Source of the DNA: Candidatus Heimdallarchaeota archaeon
GTDB taxonomy: Archaea > Asgardarchaeota > Heimdallarchaeia > JABLTI01
Assembly (NCBI GenBank): GCA_030614005.1
Contig: JAUWKS010000002.1
Span: 60,001-92,000, forward strand
Length of the DNA: 32,000 nucleotides
Direction: 5' to 3'
Notes under the pieces: model-generated
Databases searched by the model: none
What the model saw: only the letters and a program-made list of their open reading frames with translations
Told to the model about the DNA's origin: nothing
Shown: piece after piece, positions 7,951-17,792 of the stretch
How the letters are laid out: each line of letters opens with the position of its first letter
How positions within the stretch are numbered: the stretch's first letter is position 1
Position numbers and translations under genes: made by a program

Positions 7951-9174
7951 ATGTCAATTCAGAAAAAAATTGCTAAGAGAATTGGTATTACACCAGAAGG
8001 AAAACCCATTCCGCCTAAGATTGATAATGAGGAAGCAAAAAAAGCACAAAATGAGCTTAATACAATACTCAAAAGGGATGATATCAATTCGAATGCTCTT
8101 CCATCTAATGAAGGGAATATTCTAACTATTTTATTACACGGGTATATTTCATCAAAGTGGTTATGGGTTGACCCATTCTTTGGAACTTTAGGCTGGCTGA
8201 GAGATCATAAAAATGAACCAAAACCGAGAAACTATGGCTGGCATCAAACTCCACCACCACCTCATATGTTTATTCCTTTTGATATTAGTATTTCTCCAAC
8301 AATATATCCAGAAGGAGCATTTAATACTTTGATTCGTGAGGGATATGAAGTATTAACATATTCGCAACAAGATGCCACAGGGAAAATCGATATTTCAGTG
8401 AAGGAGTTAGAGAATATCATAAAAGCTATAAGGAAAGTCTTAGGCAATAGACGATTGGTACTCGTTGGACATTCGCGAGGGGGAATATGTATAAGAAGAT
8501 ATTTGGATTTACATACAAATTCAGAAGTAGAAAAAATAATTACTTTATCAACTCCTCATGGAGGATCTCAGTTCACCAGTATAAAAATGCTAAAGGAACC
8601 AGCCAAAATTTTTCTTAATAAATCCAATATTAAGGGCATTTGGGATGCTTCGGGAAATAGAGCAGTGAGAGATTTAGCGTATGAACAAATGGTACCTAAC
8701 AGTGAATTCTTACTAAATCTAAATGATAGACAAAAGTCAAAGGACATTGAATATATAACTGCGGGTGGAACTAATGCACAATATGCATATATTTACACTT
8801 GGTCTGCAACTCAAAAAGTTACTAAAAGTTTAATGACAGATATCTTTAGCTATCAAATTAGAGAGAAAATACAAAACGTCTCTAACAAAATAGGCAAACA
8901 ATGCCCAGTGAATAAGGTTGAGTCTCAAGAAAAGACATCTCCACTAAAACAATTCCAATGGATAGCTTATCCGAAAAAAATAATTACGTTATTTGAGAAA
9001 ATAAATGCCCCAGAAATTATAAACGGGGATGGAGTTGTTTCATTACAAAGTGCAATATTGAAGGATGCCACAAGAAAATATAAAATTGATGCAAATCATG
9101 AAGAAATAGCTGTAAGTGATGACACGAAGAAATTACTTTTGAAAGAGCTCAAACTAACTCAAAACAAGAAATAA
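7951..9174 (+). CDS. Alpha/beta hydrolase (PGAP1-like/lipase type)
   Basis: 'LLHG', nucleophile elbow 'VGHSRGG', 'LSTPHGGS', 'GDGVV' and late 'NH' motifs. Confidence 0.85.
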   Translation: MSIQKKIAKRIGITPEGKPIPPKIDNEEAKKAQNELNTILKRDDINSNALPSNEGNILTILLHGYISSKWLWVDPFFGTLGWLRDHKNEPKPRNYGWHQTPPPPHMFIPFDISISPTIYPEGAFNTLIREGYEVLTYSQQDATGKIDISVKELENIIKAIRKVLGNRRLVLVGHSRGGICIRRYLDLHTNSEVEKIITLSTPHGGSQFTSIKMLKEPAKIFLNKSNIKGIWDASGNRAVRDLAYEQMVPNSEFLLNLNDRQKSKDIEYITAGGTNAQYAYIYTWSATQKVTKSLMTDIFSYQIREKIQNVSNKIGKQCPVNKVESQEKTSPLKQFQWIAYPKKIITLFEKINAPEIINGDGVVSLQSAILKDATRKYKIDANHEEIAVSDDTKKLLLKELKLTQNKK

Positions 9175-9237
9175 GAAATTGATAGATTAGTAATTAAAGT
9201 TAAAAAGTTAAAAACACTTGAATATGTGGGATAAGAA

Positions 9238-10152
9238 ATGAGTACAAGTAGTCCAACAGCACAAGGAAAAAACTTCTCACTCATAGAGGATAAAAAGAAG
9301 ATATTTATCGAGTGCAGAGATTTGATTAAAATCTATGCAGATGAAAAGAATAGAGTCAGAGTTCCTGCACTTCGTGGATTAGAAATGCAAATTACTCAAG
9401 GGGAAATCTCACTCGTAGTTGGACCCAGTGGTTCAGGCAAATCCACTCTTCTCAACATTCTTGCAGGCAATCTACTACCTTCAGCTGGGTTAGTGAGAGT
9501 AGGAGATACTGATATTGCAAAATTCTCTCGTTCTAAAATGGTCGATTATAGAAAAAGACGTGTTGGAGTTGTTTGGCAACTTCCACAAATGAATCTTATC
9601 TGGGAACTTTCTGCCTCACAAAATATTCAAGTGCCGATGAGAATTCTCGGTATGCCTCGTGAAGAGCGAATGGCTCGTACCCGTGAACTTTTAGAAGAAG
9701 TAGAATTACTCGATAGAGCTCATCATAAACCTACACAGCTCTCTGGAGGAGAGATTCAAAGAATCTCTTTAGCTGTTGCACTTGCTAATAGACCTGAACT
9801 AGTTGTTCTCGATGAACCCACAGGAGAATTAGATTCACAAACTTCTGGCAAAATTATTGATTTCCTTGAAAAAGTTAACAGAGATCTTGGTATTACCATG
9901 ATTTTGGCTACTCATGATCGCAGATTAATGGCTCGTGGTTACCGTACAATGTTACTAGTCGATGGGCGCATAACCAGTGTTCGAAGAGGTTTTGTTAATC
10001 CAGAGAAAATACCTGTTTTTGTTGATGCTTTTGGCGCACTACAAATCCCCCTAAACCTTCGAGAGAGGTTTCAATCCCGTGAAGATATTATTCTAAGTCG
10101 CGAATCTGAAGAAGTCTACAAAATATTTGTTCCAGAAGACGAAGAGCATTAG
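9238..10152 (+). CDS. ABC transporter ATP-binding protein (LolD/MacB-like) with C-terminal AbrB/MraZ-like extension
   Basis: Walker A 'GPSGSGKS', signature 'LSGGE', Walker B 'VVLDEPT', H-loop 'ATHD'; tail 'VDAFGALQIPLNLRERF'. Confidence 0.9.
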   Translation: MSTSSPTAQGKNFSLIEDKKKIFIECRDLIKIYADEKNRVRVPALRGLEMQITQGEISLVVGPSGSGKSTLLNILAGNLLPSAGLVRVGDTDIAKFSRSKMVDYRKRRVGVVWQLPQMNLIWELSASQNIQVPMRILGMPREERMARTRELLEEVELLDRAHHKPTQLSGGEIQRISLAVALANRPELVVLDEPTGELDSQTSGKIIDFLEKVNRDLGITMILATHDRRLMARGYRTMLLVDGRITSVRRGFVNPEKIPVFVDAFGALQIPLNLRERFQSREDIILSRESEEVYKIFVPEDEEH

Positions 10153-10337
10153 AATGTAGAACTACTTTCCTTTGGTCTCAAAATAGTGGGACCTCCATTT
10201 TTTACTATTTTGTTATATCACGCAACGAGATTTTTATGTTCCACATTGTCAATTTTTGTGGTGTTTATATTGTATTATTTTTACCTCTATTTACAATCAA
10301 AAGTACTTGATTGACAGAATATTTGGATGAATCTAGA

Positions 10338-10925
10338 ATGGGTATTCTTTCTAAATTGTTTAAGAAATTCGATAAACGGGTCAATATTGCTATGTGTGGG
10401 TTAGATAATGCAGGAAAAACGTCCATTCTTAATTATTTAAAAAATGGCGAACCTAGTGAAAGTATAGCTACTATGGGAGTTAATTTTGAGAGACTAAAAC
10501 TAGGTAAATTAGACCTTTCAATTATGGATTTAGGAGGACAACAAGTTTTTCGACAGTTTTGGCCAGGATATATTGAACGAGCAGATATACTCATATTTGT
10601 TATTGATTCAAGCGATATTCAAAGATTAGTATTAGCAAAGGAAATCTTCCACGAAGCAGTAAAAAATTATTGCACACCAAATATTCCTATATTAATTTTA
10701 GCCACTAAACAAGATATGAACAACATTTGTTCTCTTGCTTATATTATTCAGAATTTTCATCTTACAACAATGTTTGAAAGAACAATCCATATACAAAAAA
10801 CAAGTGCACAAACAGGATTAGGTATTTACGAAGCATTTCAATGGATTCATGATCAGATTCTTACCACAAAAACGCGCCGTGCAATTCGTAATATTTCCAG
10901 AACTGTTACTCCTAAACCCACTTAG
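10338..10925 (+). CDS. Arf/Arl-family small GTPase
   Basis: G1 'GLDNAGKT', G3 'DLGGQ', G4 'TKQD', G5 'TSA'. ATG 10338 gives MGILSKLFKKF; the track uses TTG 10311. Confidence 0.9.
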   Translation: MGILSKLFKKFDKRVNIAMCGLDNAGKTSILNYLKNGEPSESIATMGVNFERLKLGKLDLSIMDLGGQQVFRQFWPGYIERADILIFVIDSSDIQRLVLAKEIFHEAVKNYCTPNIPILILATKQDMNNICSLAYIIQNFHLTTMFERTIHIQKTSAQTGLGIYEAFQWIHDQILTTKTRRAIRNISRTVTPKPT

Positions 10926-11116
10926 AAAGATGTGAGGGGGTTTTCAGCTATTTTTTTCTTCAAATCTATTGGTAGCACGAATTTTTTGATTTAAAGTAAC
11001 AATTTTAACTCTAAATGATAATTATTACTTAGGAAAAAATTATTATAGACTTCACTCTATATAGATTCAATCTCTAAGTATTTATTATCTATTCAATTAA
11101 ATCCTGGTGGCAACAT

Positions 11117-11329
11117 ATGAGCGGTACTGGTCGTAGAAAAAGCAGCATAATGAAATATGTACCTAAAGAGAGGATGGAGTTGAGGGGATTTCTAGAAGCT
11201 GAAGGTGTCAGCAATATCGATCGTCATGTCGTTATAATAAATTGTGAACGAGTAGAAGAAGACAAGCTTGACCAATTTGTTGAGAAAGATGATGAAATTA
11301 TTGTTCTCCCTATTCTAAAAGGAGGATAA
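11117..11329 (+). CDS. ThiS/MoaD/SAMP-type ubiquitin-like protein
   Basis: Ends 'DDEIIVLPILKGG'. The first beta strand may lie upstream of the ATG (frame open back to 11078). Confidence 0.75.
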   Translation: MSGTGRRKSSIMKYVPKERMELRGFLEAEGVSNIDRHVVIINCERVEEDKLDQFVEKDDEIIVLPILKGG

Positions 11330-11397
11330 AATTCTTTTTTTTTATTCTAAAGATCTTTCTTCTCTTATTTCGAATTATTTGACTGTGCTATATTTGA

Positions 11398-11856
11398 TTA
11401 ATCTTTTATTATATACCTGAATAAGAAATAAGAAGCAATTGTTAACCCTATTCCTATGCAACCAAATAACAAATCAACCCAATCATATACCGATCTATCA
11501 CTAAACCCTTTGAAAAGAGCCATGAAAATAAGTAATGGTCCTAAGAAAACAAAGGTCAAACTGAAAGTCATTGCTGAACCCATTTTTATTGCAACCCAAC
11601 CTAATCCGGGAGCAATATCTGTATTTGATGTTTTCTTTTGTCTTCTACGCTTTCGCTTTAATCGAACTTTTGTTGTGGAATCTTTTGCAGTACCTTCTTG
11701 ATTCCTCTGCATCATTTCATCTGTTTGCATTTCTAGGATCAGTGCATCTTTTTCTTCAGAAGTTAGCGATGAAAAATCAATTTCTCCTTCCTCTATATCT
11801 TCTTTGTTTTCTTTTTTTGAGTCATCAGAATTTTCAGAGGACATAGCATCAACCAT
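11398..11856 (-). CDS. Hypothetical membrane protein (acidic N-terminus, 2 C-terminal TM helices)
   Basis: 152 aa with an acidic tail, a basic KRKRRRQKK stretch and two hydrophobic helices. Confidence 0.7.
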   Translation of the reverse strand: MVDAMSSENSDDSKKENKEDIEEGEIDFSSLTSEEKDALILEMQTDEMMQRNQEGTAKDSTTKVRLKRKRRRQKKTSNTDIAPGLGWVAIKMGSAMTFSLTFVFLGPLLIFMALFKGFSDRSVYDWVDLLFGCIGIGLTIASYFLFRYIIKD

Positions 11857-12066
11857 CTTTTAGTTAGTACTGTTAATTTAACATCAAAAATCATTCGTTT
11901 ATTTCGAAAATTGCTGTTTTGTTACTTTTTTTAAAAATAGTCATTATATACGAAAATATTAAAGAACTATCGTTCTTTGCTTTTCATTATAGAACCAGAT
12001 GATTAATAATCAGTATTTTCAAAGTAATTTGTAAATAGTGATTAGATTCTATGGAGTGTTAGACCA

Positions 12067-13917
12067 TTGAAAATTGTTCCAGATACTAGTGTTATTGTAT
12101 CCAGATTTATTGTATCAGAAATTCTTCAATTAAAAGATGAAATTGAGGAAATCATTCTCCCCCGAATAGTTATTAGTGAAATAGAAAACATGGCAAATAA
12201 TCGTCGTTCTAAAGGATTTGAGGGATTAGAGGAATTAAAGAACCTCCGATTTGAATGCAATCATCTTGGTATTGCGGTTACACTAGCTGGTGCTCGTCCG
12301 AACCTTGATGAAATCAAACTTGCTTCATCAGGTGAACTTGATTCAAAAATACGTGATGTTGCACGGGAACATGATGCAGTTCTTTATACTAGTGACAAAG
12401 TATTAGTTTCAATGTGTGAAGTTGAAGGTATTGATGTTGAGTATGTTAAAAGTCCGCCCAAATTAAAACCATTAAAACGTATTTTTGATTATTTTGATGA
12501 GACAACAATGTCAGTTCATTTACGAGAAAAAGTGCATCCGCAAGCTAAAAAAGGAAAGCCAGGAGACTGGCAATTGGTAAAAATTGGCGATAATATTTCC
12601 ACTCATGATGAAATTAATGAAGTTATTACCGATATTGTTTCTACTGCGCGTACAACTCCCAATTGCTTTATTGAAATGGATGAACCCGGAGTGCAAGTTA
12701 TCCAACTTGATTCAATGAGAATTGTTATTGCCCGACCTCCATTTTCAGATGCTCTTGAGATAACAGCTGTTAAGCCTATTGTTAGACTCTCACTAGAAGA
12801 TTACCATTTATCTGAAAACCTACTCAACAGATTACGAGAAGGTGCAGAAGGAGTGCTAATTGCTGGGGCCCCTGGAGCAGGAAAATCAACCTTTGCGCAA
12901 GCATTAGCTGACTTCTTTGCTTCTCAGAAAAAAACCGTAAAGACAGTGGAAAAACCGCGAGATCTTCAAGTCGGTCCTGAAGTATCTCAATATACCGCAC
13001 TAGGTGGCGATTTCAGAAAAACAGCTGATATCATGTTACTCATTAGACCAGATTTTGTTATCTTTGATGAATTAAGAAAAACGAATGATTTCAAAGCTTT
13101 TGGAGATATGCGTCTTGCAGGAATTGGTTTAGTAGGAGTAATACATTCTACAACCGCTATAGAAGCAATTCAAAGATTTATAGGCAGAATTGATCTTGGT
13201 TTAATTCCGAGTATATTGGATACTGTCATCTACATTGCAGATGGCAAAATAGCCGATGTTGTTGAACTTCGAATGACTGTGAAAGTCCCCTCAGGTATGC
13301 AAGAACGTGATCTTGCGCGACCAGTAATTGAAGTTAGTGATTTTGAAACACATCGTTTACGTTATGATATCTTTGTTTTTGGTGAACAAGTTTCTGTGAT
13401 ACCAGTTGACAAAGTTGGGTCTAAAAATCTTCCACCCTTAAAGAAGAGCGAACAGAAAAATATTGAGAGAACAATTCGAAAAGCAATAAATGTTGATCGA
13501 TTGATTATTACTAAAATCGGACGAAATTCCATTCGCCTTGAAGTTTATCCAGAGGATATTCCACGCATTATTGGTCGAAAAGGTAAAACAATCAATGAAC
13601 TCGAGAATAAAATTGGTATGCGCATTGATGTGAAACAAATTTCCTCTGATAGAGAAGATGTCGAGAAACCAACCGAAGTTGCAACGAAGAATAGTGAAAC
13701 ACCAATTGATGTTCGCCTTACTAAAAGTTATATAATTTTAAGCCTCCCAGAACACCAACAAGGAACTAATATTGAAGTAGTTACAGAAAATAGAAGTATT
13801 TTCTCAGGCTCGATTGGTAAGAAAGGAGAAATAAAAATTGACCGCTCAACCTCTATTGCAAAAGAAATAATCAAAATAATTAATAGAGGCGAAATGATTT
13901 TTGCCAAGCTAAAATAG
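12067..13917 (+). CDS. PIN-domain ATPase with KH domain (PINA / PINc-VapC family ATPase)
   Basis: N-terminal PIN 'VPDTSVI', Walker A 'GAPGAGKST', Walker B 'IFDELR', KH 'IIGRKG'. Confidence 0.92.
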   Translation: MKIVPDTSVIVSRFIVSEILQLKDEIEEIILPRIVISEIENMANNRRSKGFEGLEELKNLRFECNHLGIAVTLAGARPNLDEIKLASSGELDSKIRDVAREHDAVLYTSDKVLVSMCEVEGIDVEYVKSPPKLKPLKRIFDYFDETTMSVHLREKVHPQAKKGKPGDWQLVKIGDNISTHDEINEVITDIVSTARTTPNCFIEMDEPGVQVIQLDSMRIVIARPPFSDALEITAVKPIVRLSLEDYHLSENLLNRLREGAEGVLIAGAPGAGKSTFAQALADFFASQKKTVKTVEKPRDLQVGPEVSQYTALGGDFRKTADIMLLIRPDFVIFDELRKTNDFKAFGDMRLAGIGLVGVIHSTTAIEAIQRFIGRIDLGLIPSILDTVIYIADGKIADVVELRMTVKVPSGMQERDLARPVIEVSDFETHRLRYDIFVFGEQVSVIPVDKVGSKNLPPLKKSEQKNIERTIRKAINVDRLIITKIGRNSIRLEVYPEDIPRIIGRKGKTINELENKIGMRIDVKQISSDREDVEKPTEVATKNSETPIDVRLTKSYIILSLPEHQQGTNIEVVTENRSIFSGSIGKKGEIKIDRSTSIAKEIIKIINRGEMIFAKLK

Positions 13918-13930
13918 TCGTTAGAGAAAG

Positions 13931-14638
13931 CTAAGCCTTCTCTAATAATTTTATTTCTTTTTGCTCAGCAACAATTACTCGAGAAATTAGCCCTTTTGGA
14001 AAAAGACCGTTTTCCATAACACCTGGAATATTATTCAATTGTTTTTCCAATTGCTCTGGATTAGCTATTTCCTTGAAATCAGTATCAAGGATTATATTTC
14101 CATTATCAGTAACAGTTGGTCCAAGTTTGTCCGAAGCTTTCCTTAGGGAAACTTTACCCCCCAATGCTTCCAATTCTCTTTTCACAAATTCTTTTGCTAA
14201 TGGTATTACTTCAACTGGTACAGGAAAACTGCCACCCAATGTTGATACTAGTTTTGAAGCATCAACAATAATGATTACCTCACTTGCAGCTCCAGCAATA
14301 ATTTTTTCCTGGAGCATAGCTCCTCCTCCACCCTTAATTATATTTAAATCGCTATCAACTCGGTCGGCTCCATCGATTGTTAAATCAATTTTAGGGTATT
14401 GATTCAGTGAACCAACTTGGCAACCTTGTTCTATTAACATTGCTTCTGTATCAAATGAACTTGGGATACAAATAATTTCGCTAAGATTAATATCAGCTTT
14501 CTTAAGCAATTTAATAAATTCTCTAACGGTTGAACCACTTCCGACGCCAAGAATCATTTTTTCTTTAACATATTCAAGTGCTTTTTGTGCTGATCTTTGT
14601 TTCATTAGCAATTTTTCGTCTTGTTTTTGAGTAGGCAT
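13931..14638 (-). CDS. rpiA: Ribose-5-phosphate isomerase A
   Basis: 'GVGSGST', 'DGAD', 'KGGGGA' and 'VTDNGN' motifs. Start trimmed to ATG 14638 (14647 possible) to avoid overlap with the upstream gene. Confidence 0.95.
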   Translation of the reverse strand: MPTQKQDEKLLMKQRSAQKALEYVKEKMILGVGSGSTVREFIKLLKKADINLSEIICIPSSFDTEAMLIEQGCQVGSLNQYPKIDLTIDGADRVDSDLNIIKGGGGAMLQEKIIAGAASEVIIIVDASKLVSTLGGSFPVPVEVIPLAKEFVKRELEALGGKVSLRKASDKLGPTVTDNGNIILDTDFKEIANPEQLEKQLNNIPGVMENGLFPKGLISRVIVAEQKEIKLLEKA

Positions 14639-14663
14639 ATAATTCATCTCGTTATTTTTAATT

Positions 14664-15245
14664 TCATGATGTGAATAATGCTTGTAACTCGTAATAGGAA
14701 ACATCACCTAAACGGTCCACACAGGCAATTAGTAACTCTTTTTTAATACTCTGAATTTGTACAACAATCTTATCAAGTTCTTCAAGATTTATCGTTTGTC
14801 CTTCAGCAAGTGGGACAATCATTGTTTTTGAAGGTGTTTTCCCAATCTTTGCTCCACGAGGATACAATCGATATTTCACCAATTTACTGATTCCACGATT
14901 TATAATATATCCTCTGTTTCTTAGATCTTTATAGACAAGGTAATCACTCCAGAACCCTTTCTCTTTTTTAGAAAATAAGGTAGAGCATTCACTTATGCTT
15001 AAAACAATTCCAGATTCATTTAGTATATTAATTACTCCTCGCTCATAGAGATGAAGAGTTTCCTCGAAATTTAGTGTAAGAGTTTTGTCTTTGTTAAGCA
15101 TACCATAAAAACCATTATCATAAATTATGCGTGCATCTTGATGATCTTCTACGAGAATCGAATCTTCTCGGAATTTTGCTTGTATTACCGAAGGATTTTT
15201 CTTGTTCTTATTTGGTAGTTCTTTATCATCAAGAATTTCGTTCAT
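14664..15245 (-). CDS. endA: tRNA splicing endonuclease subunit, apparently non-catalytic
   Basis: 'YLVYKDLRNRGY...RLYPRGA...KELLIACVDRLGDVSYY' matches EndA, but the catalytic Tyr and His positions are substituted. Confidence 0.85.
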   Translation of the reverse strand: MNEILDDKELPNKNKKNPSVIQAKFREDSILVEDHQDARIIYDNGFYGMLNKDKTLTLNFEETLHLYERGVINILNESGIVLSISECSTLFSKKEKGFWSDYLVYKDLRNRGYIINRGISKLVKYRLYPRGAKIGKTPSKTMIVPLAEGQTINLEELDKIVVQIQSIKKELLIACVDRLGDVSYYELQALFTS

Positions 15246-15344
15246 TTTATTATCACACCACTTTTACTGTAGAAGTATTACTGATTTATGTATTAACTGA
15301 GAAAAATCACTTTTTAAACAATTGGTCAACTAATTGATTGTTAG

Positions 15345-17315
15345 CTAATTATTTCCCTCTATTTCACGTATTAAATCACGAAGATCGGCTGCTTTCTCAA
15401 ATTCAAGTTTTTGAGCTGCTTCTCTCATTTGGTCTTTCAATTCCATCAGAACTAAAACAAGATCACTTTCTTCCATTTTTGCTAATTCTTTTACTTTCTT
15501 TGAGGAAATCGTTTCGATCTTCAATAAACCATCTGTAATATTTTCCAGTGATTTTTGAATCGTTTGAGGAGTAATATTGTATTTTCTGTTGTAAGCAATT
15601 TGAATTCTTCTTCGACGATTATTATCATCAACTGTGCGTATTATTGAATTAGTCATCTTGTCCGCGAAAAGAATTACTTTACCATTAATATTCCTTGATG
15701 CACGACCAATTATCTGTGTGAGGGAACGAACGGAACGAAGAAAACCTTCTTTGTCAGCATCTAAAATCATCACTAACGATACTTCGGGTAAATCGAGTCC
15801 TTCTCTCAGTAAATTTATACCTACTAGAGCATCATATTTTCCTTTTCTAAGGTCACGTAAAATCGTTACTCTATCAATAGTATGAACTTCAGAATGAATA
15901 TAATGTGCTTTAATGCCTTTCTCAATAAGATACTCTGATAACTCTTCAGCCATTCTTTTAGTTAAAGTAGTTACTAGGGTTCGTTCATTTTTTGCTGTTC
16001 TTAATTTAATTTGATCAAGAACCACATCTATTTGATGCTCAATTGGTTTGATTGTTATTACCGGATCAACTAATCCTGTAGGACGAATGATTTGTTCTGC
16101 AACTAATTCAGCATTCTCAAATTCAAATGGACCAGGTGTTGCAGATGTAAAAACGGCTTTTCGCATGAAAGATTTAAATTCATCAAATTTGAGAGGACGA
16201 TTCTCTAGAGCTGTTGGAAGACGAAAACCGTATTCTATTAAAGTTTTTTTCCGTGAACGATCTCCACCATACATCCCATTAGTTTGAGGTATAGTTATGT
16301 GGGATTCGTCAATTACCATTAAAAAATCATCAGGGAAGTGATCCAGTAACACATAGGGTCTTTCCCCCACTTCTCTTCCATCAAAATACATCGAGTAATT
16401 TTCGATTCCGGAACAGTATCCAACAGTTCGAAGCATCTCTATATCATATCTTGTTCTTTCTTCTAACCTTTGAGCCTCAAGGAGAAGATCATTATCTTTA
16501 AAGTACTTGAGCCGCTCTTCAAGTTCTTCTTCAATCCTTGCAGCGTGTTTTTCTAGTGATTCGTCTTCTGTCATAAAATGGGAAGCCGGATAAACTTCAT
16601 AGGACTCAATTTCTTGAATTTTGTTTCCAGTAGGAAATTCATTTTCAGTTATTTTTTCGATTTCATCACCAAACATCTCTATCCTGAAAGTGCTTTTATC
16701 AGAATGTGGTGGAAAAATTTCGATGGTATCTCCTTTTGCTCGAAAAGTTCCTCGTTTGATTTCAAAATCGTTTCGTTCGAACTGTAGAACAACAAGTCTT
16801 CTGAGGAATTCTTGGCGTTTTATTTTCATCCCTTTCACTAGTGAAAGTTTTGTTCTGTATGATCGTGGTGCACCTAAACCATAAATTGCTGATACACTTG
16901 CGACAACAATAACGTCATCACGTGTTGCAAGGGAATGAGTGGTTGAATGTCTCATTTTTTCGATTTCTTCATTTATAGAAGTCTCTTTTGCGATGTAGGA
17001 ATCTGATCTTGGAACATATGCTTCAGGTTGATAATAATCATAGTAAGACACAAAATACTCCACAGCATTATTCGGAAAATAATGCCTGAAATCCGAGCAT
17101 AATTGTGCAGCTAATGTCTTATTTGGTGAGAGAACAAGAGTAGGTTTCTGAATCTGTTCTATTACATTTGCTACAGAGAAAGTTTTGCCGGAACCTGTAA
17201 CTCCCTGTAAAATTTGATAGCGAAATCCTTTATTTAATCCATCAACAATAGCCTTTATTGCTCTTGGTTGATCACCTTTTGGAGTAAGACCATCTGCTAG
17301 AACAAATTTTCCCAT
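15345..17315 (-). CDS. uvrB: Excinuclease ABC subunit B
   Basis: 'GVTGSGKT', beta-hairpin 'YYDYYQPEAY', 'DESH', 'INLLREGLD', C-terminal UVR 'LEFEKAADLRD'. Confidence 0.97.
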   Translation of the reverse strand: MGKFVLADGLTPKGDQPRAIKAIVDGLNKGFRYQILQGVTGSGKTFSVANVIEQIQKPTLVLSPNKTLAAQLCSDFRHYFPNNAVEYFVSYYDYYQPEAYVPRSDSYIAKETSINEEIEKMRHSTTHSLATRDDVIVVASVSAIYGLGAPRSYRTKLSLVKGMKIKRQEFLRRLVVLQFERNDFEIKRGTFRAKGDTIEIFPPHSDKSTFRIEMFGDEIEKITENEFPTGNKIQEIESYEVYPASHFMTEDESLEKHAARIEEELEERLKYFKDNDLLLEAQRLEERTRYDIEMLRTVGYCSGIENYSMYFDGREVGERPYVLLDHFPDDFLMVIDESHITIPQTNGMYGGDRSRKKTLIEYGFRLPTALENRPLKFDEFKSFMRKAVFTSATPGPFEFENAELVAEQIIRPTGLVDPVITIKPIEHQIDVVLDQIKLRTAKNERTLVTTLTKRMAEELSEYLIEKGIKAHYIHSEVHTIDRVTILRDLRKGKYDALVGINLLREGLDLPEVSLVMILDADKEGFLRSVRSLTQIIGRASRNINGKVILFADKMTNSIIRTVDDNNRRRRIQIAYNRKYNITPQTIQKSLENITDGLLKIETISSKKVKELAKMEESDLVLVLMELKDQMREAAQKLEFEKAADLRDLIREIEGNN

Positions 17316-17462
17316 GATAAAGTTGCACCAAAGATTTCTGTTTATTAGCTACTATCAAATTGTCAGTAGGGAGATAACTTAAAGTATTTCCAATCGTTTT
17401 GGAAAAAAATAGAGAGAAAGGAACAAGTCCCTTCTAGGTTTTCTTTACTGTAATCTAACTAA

Positions 17463-17663
17463 CTAATCTTCAACAGAGAAAGCTAGTTTACAGCAAGCTT
17501 TGTATTTCACAACTTTACCATCTTTCACTGTAGCAGTAAAATTGACAACATCTACACCTGTAACTCCACGAAGAGTTTTAGAGGCATCTTCAACAGCATT
17601 TCTAGCAGCATCTTCCCAACTTTTATCGGAAGAGCCAATTATTTCTACGACTTTAATGACCAT
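17463..17663 (-). CDS. Dodecin-family flavin-binding protein
   Basis: 66 aa: 'KVVEIIGSS..SWEDAARNAVEDASKTLRGV'. Confidence 0.9.
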   Translation of the reverse strand: MVIKVVEIIGSSDKSWEDAARNAVEDASKTLRGVTGVDVVNFTATVKDGKVVKYKACCKLAFSVED

Positions 17664-17792
17664 TTTTTTTCACCGTTATTAAAATGATAATACAACAAAG
17701 AGCTTTTTTACTGAAAAGAGTTTCCCTATTAATTGGTAATTGTCGGTTGGTGTAAAAAGTTTCAAAAGGCAATTATCAAAGTTATATCTGCT

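Noticed and set aside
7671-8125. Short ORFs 7671-7934 and 7916-8125
   Set aside because: They overlap real genes or derive from a low-complexity GAA-rich tract; at most a remnant.
15345-17315. uvrB without uvrA/uvrC
   Set aside because: Unlinked uvr genes are common; this cannot be judged from one window.
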